From positions 4,256,001-4,320,000 of the forward strand of contig OZ241875.1 in NCBI GenBank assembly GCA_965203325.1: a stretch of DNA of 64,000 nucleotides. The letters run 5' to 3'. Below, in pieces: positions 28,396-39,300 of this stretch. The DNA comes from a bacterium (GTDB lineage Bacteria > UBA8248). A program made the translations under genes and the position numbers. Every line of letters starts with the position of its first letter. The stretch's first letter is position 1. The notes beneath the pieces were generated by a model. The model ran no database searches, was not told the origin of the DNA, and saw only the letters and a program-made list of their open reading frames with translations.

Positions 28396-28908
28396 TCACT
28401 CCGCACCGGGCCAGGCCATGTCGTGGGCGTGGAGTATCTCGCGGAGTTTCGCGACGTTGATGAGCTCCATGGGAGCGCCTTCGGAGTATTTCTGCACCTC
28501 TTCGGTGAAATATCCCGTCGAGATCAGGATTCCCTTCAAGGCCCTTTCGGCGCGCACGGTGTCGGAGAGGCCGATGACCCGTATCGAGTTCACAAAGTCG
28601 CCCTCGGGCACGAGAATGCCGTGGATGATGTAGTCGCCCCCGAGAATGGGTGCGGGGTTGTGCGCGAGGATGTCGATTTCCTCCTCGTTCACCCAGTGAA
28701 TCTCGACGATGCGCATGTTCATGCTTTCGAGCAAGTCCACGAGCATGCGCTCGAACGCCTGGGGAGACATCTGACGCAGGGATTCGATTTCAGAATCGTT
28801 CCTGGTCTGTTCGGCATCCGCTTCGAGCGCGATGTTCGAGGTCGTTCGCTTGACGAACAGTATGGTGATGAATCCCAGGATGAGCGCGACGAAGATGAGT
28901 TCTAACAT
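28396..28908 (-). CDS. Membrane-anchored Mrr-like restriction-endonuclease-fold protein
   Basis: N-terminal TM helix, MSPQAFERMLVDLL, EIDILA, KGILISTGYFT and MELIN. The catalytic (Q/E)xK appears replaced by HGI. Confidence 0.75.
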   Translation of the reverse strand: MLELIFVALILGFITILFVKRTTSNIALEADAEQTRNDSEIESLRQMSPQAFERMLVDLLESMNMRIVEIHWVNEEEIDILAHNPAPILGGDYIIHGILVPEGDFVNSIRVIGLSDTVRAERALKGILISTGYFTEEVQKYSEGAPMELINVAKLREILHAHDMAWPGAE

Positions 28909-29032
28909 GCCGGAATCCAGAGGACAGTTAAGAGAAAGGGCGTCGCGATAGAGGTAAACATCCGGAATTCAAGGGTCCGTACACGGTAGTTGGTGAAGCT
29001 GAGTGATGAGTTCGAGTGAATGAGCAAAGCGC

Positions 29033-29200
29033 TTATCGAATCATCTCGTCGTAGACGTCGTCTTTTTTCCCCTTTTTGATGAGCCTGTCGTGTCTGAGGC
29101 CTTGTGAGATGGCCAGCCAGACGAAGAACGCCACAAGGGGAATCATGAATGCGATGGGGATGTTGTCGGGTTTCGTCAGAATGAGCAGGAAATTTTCCAT
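29033..29200 (-). CDS. 55-aa membrane protein with PDNIPI motif (cytochrome b complex-associated candidate)
   Basis: MENFLLILTKPDNIPIAFMIPLVAFFVWLAISQG..., one TM helix, AAGGA upstream of ATG 29200. Confidence 0.7.
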   Translation of the reverse strand: MENFLLILTKPDNIPIAFMIPLVAFFVWLAISQGLRHDRLIKKGKKDDVYDEMIR

Positions 29201-29443
29201 CTCGAATCCTTTTCGGTCGAATTGGCGGTAAATGAGCAACGCCGGTATTCTGACGCAAATCCGGGCCGAGGGCAAGAGAATCAGGGGTTTCGCTCCCGCA
29301 TATCAGCTGTTTCACCAGCGATACGCCTTGACAACCGGCGCGCGGAATGGATATATCTTTGATATCGAGAGTATGTCGCCGGAGTTATTGCGTGGAGCCG
29401 GCGCGTCGCCCTTTGTGATTCAAGTCATTCAAGAGGCGCTGAT

Positions 29444-29923
29444 ATGCCGCATTTCATCTTCGACGCTTGCATCGGGTGTTCCGTGTGCGAACCCGTCTGC
29501 CCCACGAAGGCCATCACGGGCGAGCCGCGCGAGATCTACAAGATCGACCCCACGCTCTGCATCGACTGCGGCGTGTGCGGCAAGTACTGTCCGGCCTTCG
29601 CCATACAGGACGATACGGGCGACATCATCAAGAACATCAAGCACAAGGAGATGCCCAAGGCGTTCGTGCTCGAAGAAAACTGCACGGGCTGCATCTGGTG
29701 CGTGGACGTGTGTCCGTTCGACTGCATTCGCATGGCGCCCTCCTCCGTGGAGCGCGACCACAGCGCGGTGGCCGTGGTGGATCAGTCCACGTGCGTCGGC
29801 TGCCGTCTGTGCGAGGAGATTTGCAACAAGGGGGCGATCATCGTGCCCAAGCACGAGGACGAATCCGAATACATGACGCCGTTCATGCACGAGTTCGTCA
29901 CCTCGCCGCTTCGCGCGTATTAA
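29444..29923 (+). CDS. Polyferredoxin with four [4Fe-4S] motifs
   Basis: Four CxxCxxCxxxC motifs: CIGCSVCEPVC, CIDCGVCGKYC, CTGCIWCVDVC and CVGCRLCEEIC. Confidence 0.92.
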   Translation: MPHFIFDACIGCSVCEPVCPTKAITGEPREIYKIDPTLCIDCGVCGKYCPAFAIQDDTGDIIKNIKHKEMPKAFVLEENCTGCIWCVDVCPFDCIRMAPSSVERDHSAVAVVDQSTCVGCRLCEEICNKGAIIVPKHEDESEYMTPFMHEFVTSPLRAY

Positions 29924-29944
29924 GACGAGGCGTATCACACCAGG

Positions 29945-29972
29945 GCTCCCCCGGAATCGGGGGAGCTTTTTT
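29945..29972 (+). terminator. Rho-independent terminator
   Basis: GCTCCCCCG-GAAT-CGGGGGAGC-TTTTTT. Confidence 0.8.
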
Positions 29973-30107
29973 ATTGAGCGAACTCCTTGACGCTGTGTGG
30001 GTGCTCAGGTAGCGTTTTCCTGGATAGTGGCTCTATATTCATCGAAAGAGCCTGATTTTGCTCTTTTTCGCCATCAGGCCGAGCAAGTCGAAAGAGGAGG
30101 AAATTCG

Positions 30108-32342
30108 TTGCCTCCAGTTTTGACGTCACGCCCGCCCGCCCGGATCATGGACATCGTCGATCTGGTCGAGGAATACTCGCCGGACTGCTCGGACTTGCTC
30201 ACCAAGGCCTATATCTACACGGCGAAGGTTCATAAGGGGCAATCGCGTATTTCCGGCGAGCCCTACATATCCCATCCGTTGGAGGTGGCCCGGCTTCTGG
30301 CGGAGTTGCGCCAGGACCCCGAAACCGTATGCGCGGGGCTTTTGCACGACACCGTGGAGGACACCGCCACCACGCTCGGGGAAATTGACGAGCATTTCGG
30401 AAAGGACGTCGCCGAACTCGTGGACGGCGTCACGAAACTCGCGAAAATCGACGTTTCGAACACGCAGGTCCGCCAGGCGGAAAGCTACCGCAAGATGCTG
30501 ATCGCCATGGCGAAGGATATTCGCGTCATCATCATCAAACTCGCCGACAGGCTCCACAACGCGCTGACGCTCCACCATCTCCCCCAGAAAAGCAGAGAGC
30601 GCATTGCGCGTGAGACGGCGGAAATATACGCCCCGCTCGCCAACCGCATCGGCATCGGGTGGCTCAAGGGAGCGCTCGAGGACGTGGCGTTCAAGCACCT
30701 GCATCCCAAGGAATTCCTGGAGATCGACGAGATGCTCCGCGACGGCCTCGAAGACCGCGAAGCGTATATGGAACTCGTCATGGAGCGATTGAGGGAGATT
30801 CTAGAGATGGAGGGCATCGAAGGCGATGCCTCCGCCAGATTCAAGCTCCACTCCAGCATCTACGAGAAGATGCAGACGCAAAACCTCGATTTCCACCAGG
30901 TGTACGACATTTGCGGCGTGAGAATCATCGTGGATTCCATGAAGGATTGTTATGCCGTATTGGGAATCCTGCATTCCACGTGGACGCCCATTCCCGGACG
31001 CTTCAAGGATTACATCGCCCTTCCCAAGGCGAATCTGTATCAATCCCTCCACACCACCATCGTGGGGCCGGAGGGCCAGCGGGTGGAGTTCCAGATCCGC
31101 ACGAAGGAGATGCACCGGGTGGCGGAGGAGGGCATCGCCGCTCACTGGAAGTACAAGGAGGGCGATGAGACCGACGACGGCATGGCCGACAAGTTCGAGT
31201 GGATCCGGAGAATCGTGGAAAGCCTGAACGAGGAGTCCGACCCCAGGAACCTGGTCGACTCCGTCAAGGTGAACCTGTTCCAGGACGAGGTGTTCGTCTT
31301 TACGCCCCGGGGCGAGGTGAAGAGCCTGCCGCGCGGGGCGACGCCGGTGGATTTCGCTTTTTCCATCCACACCGAGGTGGGGAGCCGTTGCGTGGGCGCC
31401 AAGGTCAACGGAAAAATTACGCCGCTCAGCACGCTGCTCGAGAACGGCGACATCGTCGAGATCATCACGAATCCGCACCGCAGGCCAAGTGCGGACTGGT
31501 TGAAGTTCGTCGTCACCGCCCGGGCGAAGCAGAAAATCAGAAACTGGATAAGACAGGAGCAGAAAGAGCGCTCCCTCACGCTCGGCCAGGAGTTGCTCGA
31601 AAATGAGCTGGAGCGGTGCGTGGAGAAGAAGGAAGTCGCGGGGTACATGAAGCCGAAGGAATTGAAAGGGGTGGCGCGGTCCTTCGGGGCGCAAAGCGAT
31701 CAGGATTTGTTGATTTCCATAGGTTTCGGGCGCGTATCCGCGCGGCAGGTGGTGCACAAGCTGTTGCCCGAGCAACTCGTGCGCGAGCGGGAGAAGCGGG
31801 AGAACTCCCGTCTCAGGCGTCTCGTGAGCCGCGTGAGCCGCCACAAGAACAAATCGGGCATCCTCGTCAAGGGCCAGGACGACGTTTTGATTCGTTACGG
31901 GAAATGCTGCCAGCCGATCCCGGGCGACGGGATCGTGGGCTTCATCACGCGCGGACGCGGCGTGACGGTGCACAACGAGAGTTGTCCCAACATCAAGGCG
32001 TTGATGGACGATCAGGAGCGCCTGGTCGAAGTCGCCTGGGGCGAAGTCGACAAGGATCAGATGCACCTGGTGACGCTCGTCGTCGAGGCGCGCGACAGGC
32101 CGGGCGTGCTGGCGAGCCTGAGCGCCGACATCGCGACTTGTGATGCGAACATCTCGCGCGTCGAGGCCGAGACCTTCGGGAACAAGGCGAAGATACGCCT
32201 GGACGTGCAGGTGCATGATCTGGCCCAACTCAACGAAGTCCTCAAGAAGGTTCGCGGCGAAAAATATATCTTCTCCGTCAACCGCATCGCGCCCGAGGTG
32301 GCCCCGGTCAAGGGGAAGGTTCCGCAGATTCCCACGGAGTAG
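30108..32342 (+). CDS. spoT: Bifunctional (p)ppGpp synthetase/hydrolase (Rel/SpoT)
   Basis: GEPYISHP, LHDTVED (HD), KLADRLHN, RFKDY, YQSLHTT, TGS, CCQP and ACT domain. TTG 30108 follows GAGGAGG. Confidence 0.96.
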   Translation: MPPVLTSRPPARIMDIVDLVEEYSPDCSDLLTKAYIYTAKVHKGQSRISGEPYISHPLEVARLLAELRQDPETVCAGLLHDTVEDTATTLGEIDEHFGKDVAELVDGVTKLAKIDVSNTQVRQAESYRKMLIAMAKDIRVIIIKLADRLHNALTLHHLPQKSRERIARETAEIYAPLANRIGIGWLKGALEDVAFKHLHPKEFLEIDEMLRDGLEDREAYMELVMERLREILEMEGIEGDASARFKLHSSIYEKMQTQNLDFHQVYDICGVRIIVDSMKDCYAVLGILHSTWTPIPGRFKDYIALPKANLYQSLHTTIVGPEGQRVEFQIRTKEMHRVAEEGIAAHWKYKEGDETDDGMADKFEWIRRIVESLNEESDPRNLVDSVKVNLFQDEVFVFTPRGEVKSLPRGATPVDFAFSIHTEVGSRCVGAKVNGKITPLSTLLENGDIVEIITNPHRRPSADWLKFVVTARAKQKIRNWIRQEQKERSLTLGQELLENELERCVEKKEVAGYMKPKELKGVARSFGAQSDQDLLISIGFGRVSARQVVHKLLPEQLVREREKRENSRLRRLVSRVSRHKNKSGILVKGQDDVLIRYGKCCQPIPGDGIVGFITRGRGVTVHNESCPNIKALMDDQERLVEVAWGEVDKDQMHLVTLVVEARDRPGVLASLSADIATCDANISRVEAETFGNKAKIRLDVQVHDLAQLNEVLKKVRGEKYIFSVNRIAPEVAPVKGKVPQIPTE

Positions 32343-32403
32343 GACTCTTTCCCGCCGTTTCGGCGTAATGACGCGCACCCCGATTGTCTCATGACCAGGG
32401 CGA

Positions 32404-33138
32404 ATGACGCTGAAACCTATCGCCCCTTCAAGAATCGATGACGGATCGATGACTGACTTGCTCCACCACTCCTGGGAGATCGCGCCCCCCGAAGCGGTTC
32501 GCCTCCAAAAGGCGCTTGAAAAACGCCTGGCTCTGCATCCGCTGTCCGCCGCGCCGAAAACGATCGCGGGCGCCGATATCTCATGCGGGTGGCGCGGGCG
32601 GTTCGGAGTAGGAGGAATGGTCGTTTTCTCCTGGCCGGACATGCGGCCCGTCGACGAATCGTTCCATGGTGGAGATTTGCGGTTCCCCTACGTGCCGGGG
32701 CTGCTCTCTTTCCGGGAGGGGTTCTTGCTCGAAAAAGCCTATCTGGGCTTGAGGGTAAAGCCGGATCTCATCATCTTCGACGGGCAGGGCACGGCCCATC
32801 CCAGAGGACTCGGTATCGCCTCGCATTTGGGACTTCGCCTGGGCGCGCCTTCCATCGGATGCGCTAAGAGCCGCCTGTTCGGCGACGCCGCCGAGCCGTT
32901 GGGAGAGGAAAAAGGGGATTGGCGATACCTGCTCTCACCTGATGGGCGGAAGATAGGCGCGGTTCTCAGGACGAGGCGGGGGGTGAAGCCCGTCTATGTA
33001 TCTCCCGGCCACCTCATCGACATCGAAGATTCTGTCCACTGGGTACTGGCGGCCACTTCCCGGTTCCGTCTGCCAGAGGTGATACGCGCGGCCCACAGGC
33101 GCGTGGGCGAGGAGCGCGTGAGGCGGAAGATGCGATAA
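32404..33138 (+). CDS. nfi: Endonuclease V
   Basis: AGADIS, FPYVPGLLSFRE, DGQGTAHPRGLGIASH, GCAKS and VSPGH. Confidence 0.96.
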   Translation: MTLKPIAPSRIDDGSMTDLLHHSWEIAPPEAVRLQKALEKRLALHPLSAAPKTIAGADISCGWRGRFGVGGMVVFSWPDMRPVDESFHGGDLRFPYVPGLLSFREGFLLEKAYLGLRVKPDLIIFDGQGTAHPRGLGIASHLGLRLGAPSIGCAKSRLFGDAAEPLGEEKGDWRYLLSPDGRKIGAVLRTRRGVKPVYVSPGHLIDIEDSVHWVLAATSRFRLPEVIRAAHRRVGEERVRRKMR

Positions 33139-33167
33139 AAAAGCGCCCCTTGCGAGGCGCTTCTTTT
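33138..33167. terminator. Probable bidirectional terminator
   Basis: A run, AAGCGCC-N8-GGCGCTT and a T run, between convergent nfi and cytochrome c. Confidence 0.65.
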
Positions 33168-33184
33168 GTGCGGGAAATTGAGGT

Positions 33185-36139
33185 CTAGCCGGACGAAGCG
33201 TCGTTTTCGGCCTGTTCGGCCTCAGCCTCCTTTTCGGGCTTCCCGGTTTGAGGCGCTTCGTTCTTCGCGCTGGACTCGCCGGGCTTGAGGAAATTCGTCT
33301 CGATCATCAGGTAATCGCGCATCGCGCGGATTTGCCGGTACGCGTCGCCGCCCAAGAGTTCTTCGTCGATGGGCTCGCCGTGGCTCTCTATCGTCGCCTT
33401 TCCGATGGTTTTTCCGAGATCGACCGGCGAGGAGATGGTCATCTTCTTCTCATCTATTTCCGCCACCTTCACGAGGTGCGTGGCGCCCCCGACGCGCAGG
33501 GTGGCGAATTGCTCTTCCGGCAACTCGACTTCTTCCGTGGCTTCGAGTTCGTAGATGAACAGGTCGTCTTCCTTCTCGCCCCGGACGCCCTTGATGATTT
33601 CAGACTGGGAGCCTGCGCCCTCGAAGAAGTTGGGCATCTTGGTTCCCGGCTGGATTTTGCCCGGGTATATCAGCCAATCGACTATCCAGTCGGGACGCAG
33701 TCGATTCTTGGAGAAAAGCAGGTTCGGCGCCGTAGGCGGTTCCTGCCCCGGCGGGGGCGGCCATTCTCCATGACAGGCCAGGCATTCGGCCATGGCAAAG
33801 AGCTTTTTGCCGGCCTGGAGGTTTTCCGCGCTCACGCTCTTGGCGTCGAAATGGATATAGGGATTCAGTTTCGAGTCCAGCGCGGCGAAGTAATCCACGA
33901 GAGCCGCAGCATCTTTCTCGGGCATCTGGAAGCTGGGCATCCGCACCTTGAGCCATGGCCGCAGCGTCACGACGTTGCGCAGGAAGCCGAAGAACCAATC
34001 GGGCTGCACCTTTCTTCCCTCGCCGTTCAGCAGGGGCGGGCCGTTCGTCTTGTCCTCATAGCGCCTGAGCAGGTCGCCGCCCCAGTTCTCGATGACGTGG
34101 CAGCCGTTGCAGTTGTATTTCTCGATCATCCGGCGGCCGTTTTCGATTCGCCGGGCGCGGGTGTCGAGCACCTGGTGGACGCTGTGCGGCGCGCCGTGCG
34201 GGGTCATGGAGCGCAGCAGGGTGCGTATGGCGGAGACCTCCGGATCGGAAAAGTCGAAGTTCGGCATGAGCAGCGTCTCGCGCTCGGTCTGGTAGAGTTG
34301 CGGGTTCTTGAGCTTGCCGAACGTCCACGCCTCCCAGGTGTGGGGCATGTCGACCACGTTGCCGAAGGAGAGCTCGAAGGGTTTTTTGGCCGCGAAGCGC
34401 GTCAGGTCCGGCCCGATCTTGGAGAGCTTCTCGGTGCCGGGGATGACGTGGCAGCCGAAGCAACCGCGCGTCGCCACGAGTTTCTTGCCGCGCTCGAACG
34501 AGGCCTCATCGCCGAGTTTCCGGGGCTTGGGCCGTTTTGACTCAGGAGTGAGGCTGATGAGATACGAAGTGACCGCACTCGCTTCCTCATCCGTGAGGCG
34601 AAGGCTCGGCATCTTGGTGTCGTGCCAGTAGGCTTTCGGGTTCTTGAGCCAGCGGAACAGCCAGTCGGGCTGGATTTTGGCTCCGATGTTCTGGAGCGCC
34701 GGTGCGAAATCGCGGTTGCGGTAGACGATGGGCCTGCCGTTCACGCCTTCGAGCGGGGGGCCGAGTTCCAGGTCTTTTTCGTTTCGGATGTGGCAACCCA
34801 GGCAACCGACCTCTTCGAAGATGGATTTCCCTTGCTTGATCTGCGCGGCGTCATCGAGATTCGGGAACGCGGCCGGTTCCACCTTGCGCGGACCCTGCCG
34901 CCAGACGTATGTGGCGATGTCCAGCGCTTCCTGGTCCGACAGGCTGAAATAGGGCATGCGGGTGCGCGGGTTGTAGTCTTTCGGCCTCTTGACCCAGGAG
35001 ACGAGCCAGTCGGGCGCCACCTTCTCCTGGATTCTCGAGAGGTCCGGCCCCACCTTGCGCAGGCCTTCCGTGCCCGGAAGGGTGTGGCAGCCGTTACAGC
35101 CCAACTCCCGGGTGAGGGAGATGCCGCGCGAGATTTGCGGCGCCTCGGGGATGTTGAATATCTCGGTGTGGCAGCTTCTGCACTTGGTTTGCGTTTCGCT
35201 GCCGTGCAGAAGAGGGTCTTCCCAGAATTGCACGTGGCCGTGGGCCGTATTGAGGCTGGTGACGGCCGTTCCCTGACCGCCGTGGCAAAGCGTGCAACCG
35301 ACCTTGTTGAATTCGTGCTTCGAGAGATAAAGACGCCTGTTGGGGTGCGTGCGGAAAGGTTGGGGCGCATCCTCGAAGCCCGCCCTGTTGATGCCCAGGT
35401 GACAGGTCTGGCACCGCTCCACCTTCATCACGGGTTCGTTGAAGTTGTTGCGCTCATATTCGCGCAGGACGAGCTGGCTGATCTCATAGGGACGGGCGGA
35501 GATGCCTTTCAGCCGCCGCTCCTGGGAGGAAATGTCGCCCGCCACTTTTCGCCGCGTCGCCTGGAGCGTTTTCAGCTCTTTTTCCTTGGCCTCAATCTTT
35601 GCCTTTATCGCGTCTCTGTCGGCTTCGGCCTTCTCCGCGACGGGCGTTATCTCATCGAGGAGGGCCTTGGCCTCGTCGACTTCGGTTTGCTCGGCTTCTT
35701 TGTCATGTCCTTGCCGGATGGCTTCCTGAAGATAGAAGTAGGACTGATCGAAAAGCGCTTTTCTGAAGCCAAGCTCCTGCACTTTCTCGAAAGCGTCGAG
35801 TTCGCTCTTCGTGAGTTCTGCTTTCAGTTGCTTGAGTTCTTCGTCGCCCGCGAGTTTTTGTTCTTGCGCGGCGATTTTCTTGTCGAGTTCGGCGACCGCG
35901 GAGCCGGTGGTTTTCTTGAGTCTGTCGAGTTCTTTCTCTACCTGGGCTTTTTCATAGGCGTTGAACTGTTTCTGGTATTGTTTCCAGGGTCTGCGCGTGA
36001 ACGCCTCGTCCCAGACGGTCCAGAACGTCACCGCGACCATGAAGAGGCCCAGGATGAAAAACGGAATCGGACTGGTTTTTTCTTCCGGAGGTTTGAAGTC
36101 TCGGCCTTGCATCTTGAAAAAACGCTCCCCCACCGGCAT
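33185..36139 (-). CDS. Membrane-anchored octaheme cytochrome c
   Basis: N-terminal TM and coiled coil, then eight CxxCH motifs (CQTCH, CTLCH, CRSCH, CNGCH, CLGCH, CFGCH, CNGCH, CLACH) with repeated GPDL...W...P...MP units. Confidence 0.92.
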   Translation of the reverse strand: MPVGERFFKMQGRDFKPPEEKTSPIPFFILGLFMVAVTFWTVWDEAFTRRPWKQYQKQFNAYEKAQVEKELDRLKKTTGSAVAELDKKIAAQEQKLAGDEELKQLKAELTKSELDAFEKVQELGFRKALFDQSYFYLQEAIRQGHDKEAEQTEVDEAKALLDEITPVAEKAEADRDAIKAKIEAKEKELKTLQATRRKVAGDISSQERRLKGISARPYEISQLVLREYERNNFNEPVMKVERCQTCHLGINRAGFEDAPQPFRTHPNRRLYLSKHEFNKVGCTLCHGGQGTAVTSLNTAHGHVQFWEDPLLHGSETQTKCRSCHTEIFNIPEAPQISRGISLTRELGCNGCHTLPGTEGLRKVGPDLSRIQEKVAPDWLVSWVKRPKDYNPRTRMPYFSLSDQEALDIATYVWRQGPRKVEPAAFPNLDDAAQIKQGKSIFEEVGCLGCHIRNEKDLELGPPLEGVNGRPIVYRNRDFAPALQNIGAKIQPDWLFRWLKNPKAYWHDTKMPSLRLTDEEASAVTSYLISLTPESKRPKPRKLGDEASFERGKKLVATRGCFGCHVIPGTEKLSKIGPDLTRFAAKKPFELSFGNVVDMPHTWEAWTFGKLKNPQLYQTERETLLMPNFDFSDPEVSAIRTLLRSMTPHGAPHSVHQVLDTRARRIENGRRMIEKYNCNGCHVIENWGGDLLRRYEDKTNGPPLLNGEGRKVQPDWFFGFLRNVVTLRPWLKVRMPSFQMPEKDAAALVDYFAALDSKLNPYIHFDAKSVSAENLQAGKKLFAMAECLACHGEWPPPPGQEPPTAPNLLFSKNRLRPDWIVDWLIYPGKIQPGTKMPNFFEGAGSQSEIIKGVRGEKEDDLFIYELEATEEVELPEEQFATLRVGGATHLVKVAEIDEKKMTISSPVDLGKTIGKATIESHGEPIDEELLGGDAYRQIRAMRDYLMIETNFLKPGESSAKNEAPQTGKPEKEAEAEQAENDASSG

Positions 36140-36334
36140 TTTGAGCGGAAATTCCGGGTTTCTTGGCTAAAATCCGGCTGATTATAGGTACGGGCATGAC
36201 GGGCGTCAACCGCAGAGCGGGTAGTTTTGACTTAAGATAATTCCGCCTGCATACGGGGAGAATATGCTGAAAACGCGAATCGCCTCCCGAAAGAGACGGC
36301 GGGTGTTCATGCCCCGCATTCGCCTCGCCTGAAG

Positions 36335-39300
36335 TTATTCGTTTTGGCTTCTGATGATGCCGGCGAGTTGGCCGATGATGGCGATGGAGATGGTCGGGTG
36401 CTCGTGAATCAGTTCGAGAAGGGGCTCTTTCTCGATACCCAGCAATGAGGTGTCCCGGCTGGCTCGCGCGCCTGCGCTTCTGCCCTCATCGCCGAAAAGC
36501 GCGATTTCCCCGAACGAGGTCGGGGGACCGAGCGTGGCCAGAATCCTCGGCGCCCCGTTCGCCTGGTTGAGGATGATTTCTATTTCCCCGTCCACGATGA
36601 CGTAGAGATAATCACAAGGGTCTCCCTGTTCGAAGAGAACCGTTCCCTCCGGTATCTGGATTTCCCTGGAAATGTTGCTCAGTATTTTCAACTCGTCCGC
36701 GCTCAACGTCTCGAACATGTTGACGCCTTTCAAGAACAGGGCTTTTTCGATGGTCGAGAGCATGAATTTCTCCTGTCCGTGTAGAATTTCGCCGACCGCG
36801 CCGTCTCGGGGGCGGTCCCGGCGCGTCTGGATGCGCACCAGTCGGCTTTCGTCATTCTCCATGGTTCTCAAGAACGCCTCAAGTTCGTCTTCGTCTTTCC
36901 CGATGATTCTCGTTGCGACGACCGCCGCCTCGCGGACGTAGGGGTCGCCCTCGGAGGCCCGCGCCTTGAATTGCGCGCGCCATTCGGCGGTCGCCTCATC
37001 CGGTTCGCTTTCGAGGTGTTTGCCCGCCGCGTCGACGGCGATGGCCTGGAGCCACGCGTTTTCGGAATCCATATAAGTCGTCAGCACCTCGTCAATCGAT
37101 CCTTCGGGTATCTCCCAAAGTTTCCTGCCCTCGGAGACCTTGTCGGCGGTCGACCTGCCGAGCAGCAAAGGTTCGAGAGCCAGAATCAGGACTCTCGTAT
37201 TGCCGGCCGAAGAGAAGTTCGAGAGCGTTTCGATGGCGATGGCTCTCGACGAGGAGCCGCCCCGTGCGAGGGATTCCGACACGGTATCCACCGTCTTCTC
37301 GTCTCCAATCACCCCCAATAGTTCCAGCAAAACCAGTTGTCTTTCCGCGACGACGTCTTCAAGCGCTTTTCTCAGCATCGTGAAGGCGGGTGCGTTTTCC
37401 CGGCGTTCGATGACGTGGAGGTGATTGATGACGCCGTAGACTTCCCGCAGGTGCTCCACGGCGAACCCCGAGAGGGAGTCCACGATTTCCTGCGCGCTCA
37501 TTTCGCGGGAGCCGTTTTCGGCGCTTCTGGACAAAAGCGGAGCAAGAAACGAAAGTACCCCGGAACCTTCGAGCGAGAGGGTTCCTTTTCGCTTCATGTT
37601 CTTGAGCGATTCGACGGCCTCTCGCCTCACCAGAAAATCGACGTCCGAGAGAGCGGTCAGGGCGCGTTCGAAACTCTCCCGCGAGCCTTTGTTGCCCAGT
37701 TGCCGGACGCCTCTGCGCCTGATGGCCGCGCTCTCATCCGAGGTGGTCACCCGGATGACTTCTTCCATGCTCTCCTCATCGACTCCCTGGTTCATGGCCA
37801 GAACTTCTATCGCCTCCAAGGCGGCTTCGCGGACTTTCTCCTCGTCCTGATAGAGATAGGGAATCAATCGTCTGATGAAGCGCGGGTTCTGAAGCTCTCC
37901 CATGCACCTGAGGGCGCAGACCCTGGCCGCCGCGTCTTCTTCGTTCAGCATCCGGTGCAGGGTTTGCAGGCCGTTGGCGAGCCAGAACAGATCGTCCGAG
38001 CGGACGAGCAGCTCGACGGCACGGGCCCGGACTTCGGGGGAGCCGCTTTCCAGATTCTCGTGGACCAGTTCCGCCGTCTCCTCCGTCAGTCCGATGCTTT
38101 CCGCCGCATCCATGGCGGCGCACTGGAGGAGCGGCTCCTCGCAGGTGAGGTATTCCTCCAGCAGGGGCCGCATTTTCTCGCCCTCATCGGCTCCGGGAGC
38201 CCTGGCGAGAATTTTCAGCAACTCGGCCGCGGCCCCTCCTTTTCGCCGGGGGATTTCTTCGAGGATGATCCCGAAAATTTCGCTTCTGCCGCTTTCCGCC
38301 ATCATCTGCGCCGTGAAGACGCAAAGATCATCGTCCCCCTCGCGGATGTTCTTCCTGAGTATCGCCATGCTCTCATCGTCAACCGGGCCGAACCCTTCCT
38401 GCGCGTAGCGGAACAGGCCCAAGTTTCTCTCCTCGAGCATCCGGCGCAGGGCGGCGCCGTATTCATGACGCACGAAGAAGCCGACGGCCAGATAGGCGAA
38501 GGCGATGAACAAGGAGATGAGCGCCAATTGGCCTGCGCTCAAGGGGAAGAGGGCGAGACCGGTGGGCTTGATGATGAGCAGGGCGACGCCGCTGACGATG
38601 CTGGCCACGGCGACCACCTGGCCCGCGACGAACGCGCCGACTCTCGCGCGGATCGAGGGGGAGACGGCGTTATAGAGCAGGGCGTTGATGGCGTTTCGAA
38701 TCGATTCCTGGAGGTTCTTGTTGTTGAAGCGCAAGAAGACGGCGGAATAGAAGCCGGGCGAAATCGCCATGCCGGCGAGGCCGATGATGGTCGTGAGCGG
38801 GTAGAGGAGGTTCGCCGTTCCCAGGCCGAGCCGCTTGATGATGCGCGGGGTGATGAACGTCTGAACGAGCAGGGAGAAGGCGCTCCCGATGGCGGTGAAA
38901 TACCCTAAAAACGAGGCGAGTTGCGCGCGGTCGGGAAAGACTTCGCGGAATACGAGGCTGTATTGGAAATCCTGAAAACTCCTGAGAATCACCACGATGA
39001 AGCTGAACAGGGCGAACGCGCAGACGTATCTGTTCGTCCGCATGAGCGCGAGATTGCCGCCTTTTGAGGCCGTCTTGGTTGTTTTGCGCTTTTTGGGGCC
39101 CGCATCGTCGATCAGGTGGTCTCTCAGCCGCCGTTCGGTGTATTGCACCACACCGACGCTTACGACGATGGCGCCGATCCATACATAGAGCAGATTCGAG
39201 ACGCTCCCCAGGATGGGGATGAGCAGCGGAATGGCGAGGCCGCCGACAATGCCGCCGTAGCGTCCCCCGGTCAGGATGATCGGAACCAGCCGTTTGGATT

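Noticed and set aside
30801..32642. 613-aa minus-strand ORF and similar long antisense ORFs (e.g. 34622..36181, 37337..38908, 44980..46680, 61872..63215)
   Set aside because: Each lies opposite a motif-supported gene and has no motifs of its own.
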